Below the pieces are notes generated by a model. It was not told where the DNA came from and made no database searches. It saw only the letters and a list, made by a program, of their open reading frames with translations. From a virus (Duplodnaviria > Caudoviricetes), in the IMG/VR virus record IMGVR_UViG_3300048836_000129, positions 1 through 53,935 of that record: 53,935 nucleotides of DNA; one strand, 5' to 3'. Positions 19,273 to 28,886 of this stretch are shown here, piece after piece. Positions within the stretch are counted from its first letter, which is position 1; every line of letters begins with the position of its first letter. A program made the translations under genes and the position numbers.

Positions 19273-19634
19273 ACATTTACCTTGCAAGCCCATACAGCCA
19301 TGATTCACGCACGATACGCGAAACACGATTCCAGAGCATCTGCCATGTCGCAGGTGTTCTAATGGAATGCGGATATACCGTATTTTCACCGATAGCCCAT
19401 AGCCATACGATTTCAAACTATATCGGGAATCCGACTGAAACAGATTTTTATTTGAAACAAGATGTGACATTCCTTGAAAAATGGGCAGATGAAATGTGGA
19501 TCATCGAGCTTGACGGCTGGGAAGAATCAAAGGGAATCAAGAAGGAGATTGACTTTTGCGTCAAACATGATATACCAATTAAAAGGTATGGGTTTGACGA
19601 AATAATGTTCTTAAAATCAAAGACAATGAGGTGA
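19269..19634 (+). CDS. DUF1937 / nucleoside deoxyribosyltransferase-fold protein
   Basis: IYLASPYSH, VFSPIAHSH, GWEESKGIKKEI. Confidence 0.75.
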   Translation: MNIYLASPYSHDSRTIRETRFQSICHVAGVLMECGYTVFSPIAHSHTISNYIGNPTETDFYLKQDVTFLEKWADEMWIIELDGWEESKGIKKEIDFCVKHDIPIKRYGFDEIMFLKSKTMR

Positions 19635-19638
19635 AAAA

Positions 19639-19860
19639 ATGAACAGAAAAATAAAAAAGCTTGAATGGGAAAACCATTTGTTCAGTGTTGAAACTGCAAA
19701 TGGGCATTTCGGCAAATATTATATCTATAAAAATCCGCTGAACAGGCATTTCAGAGTTGAATTTAACAAACACTTTCTTTCAGAACATGCGGATCTTGAA
19801 TCAGCAAAAACCATCGCCCAGAATGATTTCGAGCGGCGAGTTATGGAGTGTTTCGAATGA
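19639..19860 (+). CDS. Hypothetical phage protein
   Basis: KIKKLEW...LESAKTIAQNDFERRV; GAGGTG RBS. Confidence 0.6.
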   Translation: MNRKIKKLEWENHLFSVETANGHFGKYYIYKNPLNRHFRVEFNKHFLSEHADLESAKTIAQNDFERRVMECFE

Positions 19861-20108
19861 ATAAAAAATTAACAAATATAATGAAAGATAAGTGGTGTTT
19901 TTTATATCCAAAAAGAGACACAATGGAAGTAGACTTTATGCTTGGCTTTGAATCAGCTTGTGAATATTTAATCCCATTACTAAGAAAAGCGTCAATAGTC
20001 GTCCACGCTCATGCAGAAACCACACATTTGTTCGATGGTTTAAAGGGCCGGACACCAGATAATGAATGGGATATTCTTTCAAAAAAAATTTTTGAGGTGA
20101 TTGAATGA
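19857..20108 (+). CDS. Hypothetical protein
   Basis: Coupled ORF. Confidence 0.5.
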   Translation: MNKKLTNIMKDKWCFLYPKRDTMEVDFMLGFESACEYLIPLLRKASIVVHAHAETTHLFDGLKGRTPDNEWDILSKKIFEVIE

Positions 20109-20485
20109 CCGACGATGATCATGATTTTACAACAATGAAAAGCCATAAGATCCGCAAAGATGCATACAACAAGGATTTTATGGAAATACCATTGCCGAAA
20201 ATAAGGTGTAAGCGGCACCATTGGAAAAGTGGATGGGTTTGTGAAAATTGCGGAATGAAACGTGCTGACTACGAGCATTGCCGTAGTTTGGATAGGGCGA
20301 AGTATTACATCGTGAACTATGGAGAAAACGAAACTCGCAAGTTTGGACACTTGCACCACGCAAGAGAATTTGCTTTTGCGTACTGGCACGATGGTCATGA
20401 AGATTTTAAGGCGTACAACATTGTGCGTGTGTCGAACATGGGAAGGAAAATTATTCACCAACAAACAGGAGATAAACTGAAATGA
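20105..20485 (+). CDS. Hypothetical protein
   Basis: Coupled ORF with GAGGTG RBS; HHW....CENCG. Confidence 0.55.
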   Translation: MTDDDHDFTTMKSHKIRKDAYNKDFMEIPLPKIRCKRHHWKSGWVCENCGMKRADYEHCRSLDRAKYYIVNYGENETRKFGHLHHAREFAFAYWHDGHEDFKAYNIVRVSNMGRKIIHQQTGDKLK

Positions 20486-20742
20486 ACGAGACAGTATTAC
20501 AATACGCCGAAGAGCTGCTGAAAAGATACAATGGGACGCCTGATGAATGGGAGCATTTGCAGGCCATAAAAGCCAGGCTTATATCCGCATCTCCTGAAAT
20601 GCTTAAAGACGCATACAACAAGGGATTCCATGAAGGATATTCTCAGGGATTCGATGATGGATATCTTCACAATACAAGGCCACTTTCTATTTTACTTGTC
20701 TTTATTTCTTTTGCCCTTGCATTTGTTTCAATACTAAAATAA
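20482..20742 (+). CDS. Hypothetical protein with C-terminal transmembrane helix
   Basis: AYNKGFHEGYSQGFDDG repeat and hydrophobic tail. Confidence 0.55.
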   Translation: MNETVLQYAEELLKRYNGTPDEWEHLQAIKARLISASPEMLKDAYNKGFHEGYSQGFDDGYLHNTRPLSILLVFISFALAFVSILK

Positions 20743-20753
20743 AGGAATTATAA

Positions 20754-21449
20754 ATGAAGATTGTAAAACCATCTGTTGAATTATTTCCGATAACTAATGG
20801 CCATGAGAAAAAAGATTTAAATAAAGAGTGGCGATCCAAGGAATGTTCTGTTGATGGTTGTAATAGAAAAGTTCATGTTAAAAAGTATATTCTATGCCAA
20901 AAACATTATGACCAAATGCGCCATAATGGCAAAACAACACGGCTAACAAATACAGATCTAAATGAGTTTATATTTGAAGACGGTGTATGTAAGATTATTA
21001 TCAGGGATAGAAGCCAAAATGAAATTTGTAACGCAATTATAGACACATGCGATTATGACCGAGTTAAAGAGTATAAATGGTCACTGTCAAAAAAATATGT
21101 CTACAACAAAAAAATGGGATGGTTACATAGATTTATTTTAAGAAAAGATTGCAACATTGACCACATAAACAGAAACGGACTTGACAACAGAAAATGTAAT
21201 TTGAGACCAACAAATGTGTCATTAAATGCGGCGAACTCTAAATTGAACTCAAGAAACAATAGCGGCTACAAGGGTGTGTCATGGTTTAAAAACGCAAAAT
21301 TATGGAGGGCATATATAACAGTAAATGGTAAATTCATAAGTCTTGGCTATTATAAAAAACAAAAAGAAGCGGCAATGGCATACGATAAAGCAGCATTAAT
21401 ATATTTTGGAAATCATGCGGCGACGAATAAGGAGCTTGGATTGTTATGA
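20754..21449 (+). CDS. HNH-AP2 homing endonuclease
   Basis: DHINRNGLDNRKCNLR (HNH); SGYKGVSW...WRAYI...LGYY...AAMAYD (AP2); N-terminal CSVDGC. Confidence 0.9.
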   Translation: MKIVKPSVELFPITNGHEKKDLNKEWRSKECSVDGCNRKVHVKKYILCQKHYDQMRHNGKTTRLTNTDLNEFIFEDGVCKIIIRDRSQNEICNAIIDTCDYDRVKEYKWSLSKKYVYNKKMGWLHRFILRKDCNIDHINRNGLDNRKCNLRPTNVSLNAANSKLNSRNNSGYKGVSWFKNAKLWRAYITVNGKFISLGYYKKQKEAAMAYDKAALIYFGNHAATNKELGLL

Positions 21450-22036
21450 AGATATTGAGTCAATCTGTAAAACTTGAAAGCGTGACCGAAAACCCAGAAC
21501 GTCTCATTGAAAAACACGGCCGGATTTGTTGGGGGTCATATGATAAAATGACGGAAAATTCAGCTCATGAATTCATATCAAAACTGATCCGTCTTGGTCA
21601 CCATTCTGTCATCGAACACGCCAATGCATCATTTAAAATTGTAGCTGATAGGGCAATATGTATGGAAATTGTAAGGCACAGAATTGCTTCATTTAGCATG
21701 TCATCAACAAGATATATACGATACAAAGACGATGTCCCATTTATTGAGCCTCCAGATTTAAACGAAGAACAACGGAGAGAATGGATAGAAGCGTGTGTTT
21801 TTTCTGAAAAAAAATATAAAAAGCTTTTATCAACTGGATGTTCACCACAAATAGCAAGATCTGTTTTGCCAAATTGCACAGCCGCAGAGCTTGCTATGAC
21901 GGCCAATTTTCGGGAATTTCTCCATTTTGTAAATCTCAGAAGTTCAAAAGCGGCACATCCTCAGATCCGGCCTATTGCCATTGAAATCAATAACATCCTG
22001 GCCGACCATGCCCCTTCAATCTTTGAAAAAATGTAA
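21446..22036 (+). CDS. thyX: FAD-dependent thymidylate synthase
   Basis: GHHSVIEHA, RHRIASFSMSSTRY, ARSVLP, NFREFLHFVNLR, AHPQIR. Confidence 0.92.
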   Translation: MKILSQSVKLESVTENPERLIEKHGRICWGSYDKMTENSAHEFISKLIRLGHHSVIEHANASFKIVADRAICMEIVRHRIASFSMSSTRYIRYKDDVPFIEPPDLNEEQRREWIEACVFSEKKYKKLLSTGCSPQIARSVLPNCTAAELAMTANFREFLHFVNLRSSKAAHPQIRPIAIEINNILADHAPSIFEKM

Positions 22037-22078
22037 TACATCGTGGCCCCTAACCGGGCCACAAAAAAAGGATTTTTT

Positions 22079-22501
22079 ATGGAAACACTACATTCTACAT
22101 CTGGCCCGTCCGATGAAAGGTGCATTGAGTTTGACAACAAAATGACGGGAAAATACGATAAAGAACCATTTCAAAAACTCGGATACAATTCAATCCATAT
22201 GTGCCTACGTGATAAGATCATGAACGGAGAAAACATCAAGGAAATATCAGATTCAACGGGATTGATCGCGGATACCATAAAAAACGCAGCGGTGCGAATG
22301 TATATGCGGATCAAGCCCATTAAGCGAGGTACCGTAAGCATAAATCAAATGCCATGGGGCAAACAAGACAGGCGTGGTCCTGGGCCATATCCAGAACACC
22401 CTTGTTCTGTTCCGTCATGCAAAAACATGACGACTCATAGATTCCTATGTTCCGATTGTTTTTTCAAAAACGGAGAACTTGAAGAAACGGATTATTTATG
22501 A
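22079..22501 (+). CDS. HTH plus Zn-finger hypothetical protein
   Basis: NIKEISDSTGL; CSVPSC...LCSDC. Confidence 0.55.
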   Translation: METLHSTSGPSDERCIEFDNKMTGKYDKEPFQKLGYNSIHMCLRDKIMNGENIKEISDSTGLIADTIKNAAVRMYMRIKPIKRGTVSINQMPWGKQDRRGPGPYPEHPCSVPSCKNMTTHRFLCSDCFFKNGELEETDYL

Positions 22502-22764
22502 AGAAAGTAAAACGTCTTTCAAGATCAATCCTGTTGAAATTATTTGAAAAAGTTCATGAACGGGATAACTACACATGTCAGATTTGTGGTAAAGAAAAAT
22601 ACGGTCTTGATTACCCACACCATGTCTTATTTAAAAGCCGTGGAGGATCAGACACAAACGAAAATTTAATAACTCTTTGCATGGAATGTCATCGGAAAGT
22701 ACACGATGAAAAAATCAATATAAAGGGAGAATATCCAAATTTTGAAATAATTCATAAATCATGA
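22498..22764 (+). CDS. HNH endonuclease
   Basis: RDNYTCQICG...HHVLFKSRGGSD..ENLITLCMECH. Confidence 0.9.
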   Translation: MKKVKRLSRSILLKLFEKVHERDNYTCQICGKEKYGLDYPHHVLFKSRGGSDTNENLITLCMECHRKVHDEKINIKGEYPNFEIIHKS

Positions 22765-22791
22765 CATTTGTCAAAAAAAGAAAGGTGAAAA

Positions 22792-23169
22792 ATGAAAATT
22801 ATAGAACAATTCGAACAACTTCCAAAATGTTGCCAGACATGCAAAAGTATTTTGAGAACCGTTAGAATCCCGGTTTACCATTGCGCGTTAAAACAACATT
22901 TCCCCACGAAAAAGCACTCATGCAAACGTGAAAAAATGAGGATTGTTCCAAGATTTAAAAAATTCCTAAAGGACCATGGGGTTTATAACATGTATGTAAT
23001 GAACTGCGATCCTGTTTTTAATGGGAATAGTACTAAAATTAAAGATCCATCGCTTTATCTTGCAAAAGCTTTCCTGTTCAGAAACACGTCTCAAGGATGG
23101 GAATTCTGGGTTGACCTTTGTTTTGAATGGGACAAGGTTTTGAAAAAAGAATACAATATTTTGGCGTAA
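22792..23169 (+). CDS. Hypothetical protein (Cys-rich N-part; C-part paralogous to 10598)
   Basis: CCQTC..C..C followed by RFKKFLKDHG...FW...EW..VLK. Confidence 0.55.
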   Translation: MKIIEQFEQLPKCCQTCKSILRTVRIPVYHCALKQHFPTKKHSCKREKMRIVPRFKKFLKDHGVYNMYVMNCDPVFNGNSTKIKDPSLYLAKAFLFRNTSQGWEFWVDLCFEWDKVLKKEYNILA

Positions 23170-23170
23170 C

Positions 23171-23199
23171 TTGACAGATGTTTCATGGCGTTGTATTAT
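23171..23199 (+). promoter_or_regulatory. Sigma70 promoter for the replication operon
   Basis: TTGACA-17 bp-TATTAT. Confidence 0.65.
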
Positions 23200-23231
23200 T
23201 TGTGATAATGATAACAAGGAGAATGACAAGG

Positions 23232-23405
23232 ATGAATGATTTTATTAAAAATTTGAGAATTTTTAGGGCTGGGAAAAAAATGTCACAGACAGATGTAGCG
23301 ATAGCTTGTAAGGTTTCGCTTACAACTTACCAGCTATGGGAGCGAGGCGTAACAGAACCAAAGCCTGAAAACATGGAAAAACTCATAAAACTATTTAAGG
23401 GGTAA
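23232..23405 (+). CDS. Cro/XRE-family HTH regulator
   Basis: LRIFR....MSQTDVAIACKVSLTTYQLWERG. Confidence 0.85.
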   Translation: MNDFIKNLRIFRAGKKMSQTDVAIACKVSLTTYQLWERGVTEPKPENMEKLIKLFKG

Positions 23406-23408
23406 TGA

Positions 23409-24017
23409 ATGAAAGATATAGAGATAAGCGAGGGAAAACTTGAAGATATGGTTTTTGAGATTCTTAAAAATCCAGATAAATATCCTGATAAATTTAATTT
23501 TCTTGAACATTCTGACATTGTTTTTAGACAATTAAATTTAAGCAATTATGGGATACCTGATATTGTAACAATATCTTATGATATTTATTTTGGATACAAT
23601 GTAAATGTTTATGAATTAAAAAAAGATGTTGTTGGAATAGATACTCTGATTCAAGCTCTTAGATATAAACAAGGAATAAGATCTCTACTATATGAATTTC
23701 AAGAAGAAAATTTGCCTATAAATATTTTTTTAATAGGTTCAAGATTCGATTCATCTAATGGATTATTCCAGCAAATATCAAAAGCTACAACCTCGGATAA
23801 TGAATGTGTAAGAGTTGCAGAATATGATATCGGAATAAACGGAATTCTTTTCACGGAAAAAAAAACAGAACCATTAAAAATAACAACGAATTTTAATTTA
23901 AATAAAATAAAGTCATGTATTAGTTATGATGAGCATGAAACACAATATTTTTGGTATAAAAAAATTGATTCATGCCCAGACGAGATTTCAAGTATACTCA
24001 AAAAAATATTTGAATAA
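23409..24017 (+). CDS. PD-(D/E)XK nuclease-like protein
   Basis: E..LEDMV, RQL.L..YGIPDIV, VYELKK, QALRY; very AT-rich. Confidence 0.6.
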   Translation: MKDIEISEGKLEDMVFEILKNPDKYPDKFNFLEHSDIVFRQLNLSNYGIPDIVTISYDIYFGYNVNVYELKKDVVGIDTLIQALRYKQGIRSLLYEFQEENLPINIFLIGSRFDSSNGLFQQISKATTSDNECVRVAEYDIGINGILFTEKKTEPLKITTNFNLNKIKSCISYDEHETQYFWYKKIDSCPDEISSILKKIFE

Positions 24018-24028
24018 CTGGAAAAATT

Positions 24029-24805
24029 ATGGACCGTGGATATATCGCTATATGGCGAAAAATACAGGATCATGCATTCTATAAGGAAAAAAGACAATAT
24101 TCAAAATTTGAAGCATGGGTTGACATGTTAATGGAGGCCCAACATTGTGAGACAGAAAAAGATGTTGTTATAAAAATGCGAGTTTTTAAAAGCGGTTATG
24201 GTGAAAGCCTAAAAAGCATTCGAACATGGGGATCACGTTGGGGTTGGGGCGAGGCAAAGGTCAAAAGATTTTTTGATTTACTTGCAAAAATGAATCAAAT
24301 CCGTTATAAAAACGAAACAGTTACAACACGCATAACTATATTGAATTATTCATCATATGATCCAAAGCGTAACAGTTATGAAACACGACCGAAACGGGAC
24401 CGAAACGGGACCGAAACGGGACCGAAGACAGACAAGAATGGAAAGAAAGAAAAGAATGGAAAGAATGATATATTATCTGATTCTCACGAATCAGACCAAA
24501 ATGTGAAGGGGGATTATCCAGAATCATTTTTGAAATTTTGGGAAGCATATCCGAAAAGGGAGGGTATAGGAGCAGCATATAAAGCATATCAAAAAATAAA
24601 AGCGCCACGCCCAACATTAAAAACTATTCTTGATTCAATTGAAATACATAAAAAAACAAACAAATGGCAGAATAAACAATATATCCCGCTTGCTTCAACT
24701 TTTTTAAATCAGCGCAGATGGGAAGATGAATTTAGTGACGATGATTTTTCAATACCAAGGAATAAAGAAACACAAAACAAACTAAAATTCAACTTTAAGG
24801 GATAG
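24029..24805 (+). CDS. Phage replication initiator (lambda O/DnaD-like)
   Basis: GYIAIWRKI N-terminus, ITILNYSSY, F.KFWEAYPKR, STFLNQRRWEDE; internal iterons. Confidence 0.85.
   Translation: MDRGYIAIWRKIQDHAFYKEKRQYSKFEAWVDMLMEAQHCETEKDVVIKMRVFKSGYGESLKSIRTWGSRWGWGEAKVKRFFDLLAKMNQIRYKNETVTTRITILNYSSYDPKRNSYETRPKRDRNGTETGPKTDKNGKKEKNGKNDILSDSHESDQNVKGDYPESFLKFWEAYPKREGIGAAYKAYQKIKAPRPTLKTILDSIEIHKKTNKWQNKQYIPLASTFLNQRRWEDEFSDDDFSIPRNKETQNKLKFNFKG
24387..24466 (+). repeat. Putative replication origin: 11-bp iterons plus purine-rich tract
   Basis: GACCGAAACGG x3 plus a partial copy (24387-24426), then AAGAATGGAAAGAA x2 inside the initiator gene. Confidence 0.7.
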
Positions 24806-24810
24806 ATTCC

Positions 24811-25068
24811 ATGGAAGAAAAAACCTTTGAATCATGTATTACCGATCTTTTTGAAACATATGGCCTGAAAGAACTTTCTGAAAAGCGTTTGGATCAATAC
24901 TGGAAGCATCTTAAAGATTTCAAAGATGACGAATTCGTCGATATCTGCGAACGAATCATCCTTTCAGAGCGTTATTTCCCGGCCATCTGTGTTTTTTTCG
25001 AGACACAGCGTAAAATCAAAGAAGAAACAAGCTATCCAATTCTTGAACCGGCTCCGAGGGACTTCTAA
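24811..25068 (+). CDS. Putative helicase loader
   Basis: Between initiator and DnaB; YW..LKD.....F...C..II....YFP.I pattern. Confidence 0.55.
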   Translation: MEEKTFESCITDLFETYGLKELSEKRLDQYWKHLKDFKDDEFVDICERIILSERYFPAICVFFETQRKIKEETSYPILEPAPRDF

Positions 25069-26315
25069 TGTCAACCGAAAAATTGTTCAATGTCGATGTT
25101 GAAGAATCTGTTTTATCGTCGTATCTATATGAAAACGAATCGTTTTTCAATTTCCAGGCAAAGGAAAAATATTTCACAGGTCACAGGATTCACATTTTCA
25201 ACGCCATTCTTGATCTTTTAAAAAACGGGTTTCAAGCCGATCTCGTGACGGTTGCTTCAAAATTGAATGGAATCGTAAAGGCATCATACATTTCAGATGT
25301 GACCGAAAGACCCGTTTCATTAAACCTTGATTATCACATAGGGGTCTTGAAGAATTGCTCTATGTTGCGAGATCTTCATCAAGCCTATACCCAAGGCAGG
25401 GCCATGTGTGAAAATGGTCTGGAATCTTCTGAAATCATGCAAAACGTCATGGGCATGATTGATATCAATGAGGAAGATTCATATCAGGAATCAATGTCCG
25501 AAATTGCGCTTGCAGTCTCCAGCGATTTGGAGCAATCTGGAAAGGATAAAACATTTCCCGGGTTAAAGACAGGATTGAAAAACCTTGATTGGTCAATAGG
25601 TGGGCTTAGAAAACAGGAACTTATAATTGTGGCGGCACGTCCGGGTCATGGAAAGACGGTTTTTGCAATGAACACGGCGCGCAATCTTGGGTTTGGGAAA
25701 AAGAGCGGGTTGATTTTTTCCCTTGAAATGCCGAAAAAAAAGCTTGTTCAACGTATGATTTGTGATATAGGTGATATCGAATCAAATATAATCATGCGCC
25801 ATGACATAGGGCCGGAGCATTGGACTTTTATCAATGAATCTCTGGAAAAGATATCAGAGTTTCCGATTGAAATAAATGACAGATCAAATCACACGATTGA
25901 CACAATCTACATGGCGTCAAAAAAATCAAAGATGGTCAACGATATAAAGTTCATAATTATCGACTACTTACAACTTATAAGGGGGTGGAACAAAGACGGG
26001 CAAGGACCAAAAGCTGAGATAACGAGACAGCTCAAAATGATGGCTAAAGAGCTTGATATTCCTGTGATTGTTCTTTGCCAGCTAAACCGTGAAATTGAAA
26101 AACGTGAAAAGAAGATCCCGAGGATGTCTGATCTCAGAGACGCCGGATCAATCGAACAAGACGCTGACGTGATTCTTTTCACCCACGTAGAACATGACAT
26201 GGGTTTGGCAAAGATTTTCATCGGAAAAAACCGGGAAGGAAAGACCGGAGAGGTTGACGGTATTAGATGGGAAGGCCAGTATTTCAGGTTTTCACAGCAA
26301 AATACAGGATGGTAA
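25068..26315 (+). CDS. dnaB: Replicative DNA helicase
   Basis: AARPGHGKT, FSLEM, IDYLQL, QLNREIE, SDLRDAGSIEQDAD, KNREG. Confidence 0.95.
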   Translation: MSTEKLFNVDVEESVLSSYLYENESFFNFQAKEKYFTGHRIHIFNAILDLLKNGFQADLVTVASKLNGIVKASYISDVTERPVSLNLDYHIGVLKNCSMLRDLHQAYTQGRAMCENGLESSEIMQNVMGMIDINEEDSYQESMSEIALAVSSDLEQSGKDKTFPGLKTGLKNLDWSIGGLRKQELIIVAARPGHGKTVFAMNTARNLGFGKKSGLIFSLEMPKKKLVQRMICDIGDIESNIIMRHDIGPEHWTFINESLEKISEFPIEINDRSNHTIDTIYMASKKSKMVNDIKFIIIDYLQLIRGWNKDGQGPKAEITRQLKMMAKELDIPVIVLCQLNREIEKREKKIPRMSDLRDAGSIEQDADVILFTHVEHDMGLAKIFIGKNREGKTGEVDGIRWEGQYFRFSQQNTGW

Positions 26316-26323
26316 AATAACCA

Positions 26324-26351
26324 TTGACTTTATCATCAAGTGTGATAGAAC
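26324..26351 (+). promoter_or_regulatory. Extended -10 promoter (same family)
   Basis: TTGACT-N13-TGA-TAGAAC, followed by GGAGG RBS. Confidence 0.5.
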
Positions 26352-26587
26352 GTAGTGAAATAAATTAATCGGAGGATTTTATGGCAAAGTCAGATTGGAA
26401 AGCCCAGGTCAAAGGTGAAAAATGTTCCCAAGAATTTGAAATTAGCGTTGTAAGAGGTTGTTGAAAAGGTTTGACGTTAATATCAAGCCAAATTTTAACG
26501 TCAACGTTATTTGAGTCTCACGGATTAACAACAAAAAATGTTGTGGCTCATGAAGCGTGGTTTTGTGAGACACAAGAAGGACAAGCC

Positions 26588-26893
26588 ATGATCGAATTTA
26601 AAACGAATTACACGGAAAAATTCATAAACATAACACCTGATAACAACTTCAATTATCAACTTGCAAACCAATATGGCCCATGGGTAGCGACCGTTAGCAA
26701 CAAATCCGATATGGATTTGTTGCTAACGTCGCCAAAAATGGCCGAATACATGATGGAACGGGCCGAATATCTCAACGAAATAACATCAAGCCCCGATGAC
26801 AGCCAATTCAACGATGCGACGAAACGCAACAAGGCCGAATTGAAACGCATCCTCGGAATCCTCAAGGAAGCCGGGGTGGAGGTTGTGGAATGA
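26588..26893 (+). CDS. Hypothetical protein
   Basis: Likely start MIEFK after AAGGA; DMDLLLTSPKMAEY resembles the common phage A.LIAAAPEL motif. Confidence 0.5.
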   Translation: MIEFKTNYTEKFINITPDNNFNYQLANQYGPWVATVSNKSDMDLLLTSPKMAEYMMERAEYLNEITSSPDDSQFNDATKRNKAELKRILGILKEAGVEVVE

Positions 26894-27249
26894 AACGAAG
26901 AAAGCCTGTGGTTGGTGAAGAATTGTGGCTTGTCAAAAAAACATATTGCCATAATGAAACACCAAGATCATTCCCTTGCAAGGTTGTTTCTGTAGGTAAA
27001 AAATATTTCAAGGTATCAACAGAGTCCCGATATCATGAAGATAGCCAATTTCACATTGATTCATGGATTGAAAATAATAAATCGAACTACCACGATGTCA
27101 TATATGAATCAAAACAAGAGTATGATGATATTATTGAATATCAAAATTTAAGTCATGATATCCGAGACTATTTTGGTTCATATGGTAAGATTTCTTTGAC
27201 TCTTGAAGATCTTCGTAAAATAAAAGAAATTATTTGGGGTGAACGATGA
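26890..27249 (+). CDS. Hypothetical beta-barrel phage protein
   Basis: PVVGEELW...VVSVGKKYFKV. Confidence 0.6.
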   Translation: MKRRKPVVGEELWLVKKTYCHNETPRSFPCKVVSVGKKYFKVSTESRYHEDSQFHIDSWIENNKSNYHDVIYESKQEYDDIIEYQNLSHDIRDYFGSYGKISLTLEDLRKIKEIIWGER

Positions 27250-27662
27250 GAGAAATTCTATTCAGAGGGAAAACACCCGGTGGATGGTGGGTTTATGGCG
27301 ATCACATCAAGGATCGAATTCAGACCGATGGAAAACCGAATGAATATATCATCATAAGGTTTTTCAATGTTTTCGAAGGAGAGAATTTTGAAGATTATGA
27401 ATTCATAATCCCGGAAACCATCGGCCAATACACCGGCCTGAAAGACAAGAACGGAAAGATGATTTTTGAGGGTGATGTTGTATGCGGTATCAACGGATCA
27501 TTTAATGGATGCCCATGTGAATGGGGTCCATTCCCTATTGAATACGATGAATCTGAGGCAAAGTTTAGAGTTCCGTTGTGGGGGACACATGAAAATAATG
27601 ACAGAACTCATTGGTTTGAAATCATCGGAAACATCCACGACAATCCTGAATTATTAAAATAA
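27246..27662 (+). CDS. YopX family protein
   Basis: MREILFRGK, QYTGLKDKNGKMIFEGDVV, EIIGNIHDNPELL. Confidence 0.92.
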   Translation: MREILFRGKTPGGWWVYGDHIKDRIQTDGKPNEYIIIRFFNVFEGENFEDYEFIIPETIGQYTGLKDKNGKMIFEGDVVCGINGSFNGCPCEWGPFPIEYDESEAKFRVPLWGTHENNDRTHWFEIIGNIHDNPELLK

Positions 27663-27806
27663 TTATTGACCGAAACACCAATATCTTGTATAGGTATAAC
27701 ATGAAAAAACAATCCGTTGTATATAAATGCAATCCAGAACATACGACTGATTATACCTATCTAAAAAACGCCCTGTTCTCATGGATATGGCTATACAGGA
27801 TACCTG

Positions 27807-28223
27807 ATGGAATTAGATTTCGAAGCGATGGACAGCGCCCTAAAGGGGAATGTTGTAGCCCCTGACGGATATTCTTATATTTCGGAGTTTGTTTTTGAGC
27901 AAACGATGAACGGGAAGAATATCCCAGAGATTCACAGGATGATTCCGCATAGATCAATCGAGTCAATTCGTGGAATCGTTAACAAGTGCGGATTCCAAAA
28001 AAAGAAAAATCCTTCGAGAAAAAAGAAGTCAATCGCGGACTGTATCAGATCACGGGGAGATGTTGAAATACCAAAAGGGTATAAGGCTTGTTCGAATTGT
28101 GGAAATCCTTTTAAACGAACTCCACAAAGCTGGATGTTATGTGATACATGTAAGAAAATACCTGACAGCGATTATGAAAGATATTCACCAAATCACAGAG
28201 AATTGTTTGATGTGGAGATATGA
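27807..28223 (+). CDS. HTH plus Zn-finger hypothetical protein
   Basis: RSIESIRG; CSNCG...LCDTC. Confidence 0.55.
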   Translation: MELDFEAMDSALKGNVVAPDGYSYISEFVFEQTMNGKNIPEIHRMIPHRSIESIRGIVNKCGFQKKKNPSRKKKSIADCIRSRGDVEIPKGYKACSNCGNPFKRTPQSWMLCDTCKKIPDSDYERYSPNHRELFDVEI

Positions 28224-28447
28224 TGGAAATAAAAGATTTGATAGAATGGCTTGAAACACAAAATGGCGCATCATTGATATCTGACGATAATGGACATTGG
28301 GCTTGTGTTTTCGATGGATTTCAAAACATTCCAATGGATGATGGCCCGTGCGATATTCAAACAACATTTTTTATAAAAAAAGAAGAATGGAAAAATACAA
28401 TTAAAGAAGCTATTGAATGGGCGAAAAACTATGAATCACGCGAATAA
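28220..28447 (+). CDS. Hypothetical phage protein
   Basis: LISDDNGHWAC..DGFQN; coupled ORF. Confidence 0.6.
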   Translation: MMEIKDLIEWLETQNGASLISDDNGHWACVFDGFQNIPMDDGPCDIQTTFFIKKEEWKNTIKEAIEWAKNYESRE

Positions 28448-28886
28448 AATTTTTACTGTTTCGCTTGCAATTTGCGGCGGCATGGCCCTTGTTATGCAAA
28501 AAACAGACAAGAAAAATGAAACATTTCAAAATGACGTAAAGGATCTTTACGATTATTCCATGGATTGCGCCGTGAAATTGAGGGGAAAATTCTCAAAAGG
28601 CCAGTTGCCAGAGATAACTGAAAAAATAAATCTTCTTATGGATCAAGGCCTTGAACAGATTGAAAACCATCAAGCTTATGTTTCTTTCATGGCACTCGTT
28701 TTTTCAGAGATTTCACGGCACACCAACAAAGGATCTGATAGAAATATACAGTGTGAAAACATCATAGAAAGACTGAACAAAATTTACGGCTATTATGATC
28801 TTGATGGGAAAGTTCATCCTGAACACGATCATAAGGCCATGGAATTAATGGAACTTTTTCAAGAATGTTTCGGGGAGATTGGATAA
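28431..28886 (+). CDS. Hypothetical protein
   Basis: Coupled ORF, helical. Confidence 0.55.
   Translation: MNHANKIFTVSLAICGGMALVMQKTDKKNETFQNDVKDLYDYSMDCAVKLRGKFSKGQLPEITEKINLLMDQGLEQIENHQAYVSFMALVFSEISRHTNKGSDRNIQCENIIERLNKIYGYYDLDGKVHPEHDHKAMELMELFQECFGEIG

Noticed and set aside
24387-24426. Short direct repeats as a CRISPR array
   Set aside because: Contiguous 11-bp units with no spacers, inside the initiator gene; no cas genes
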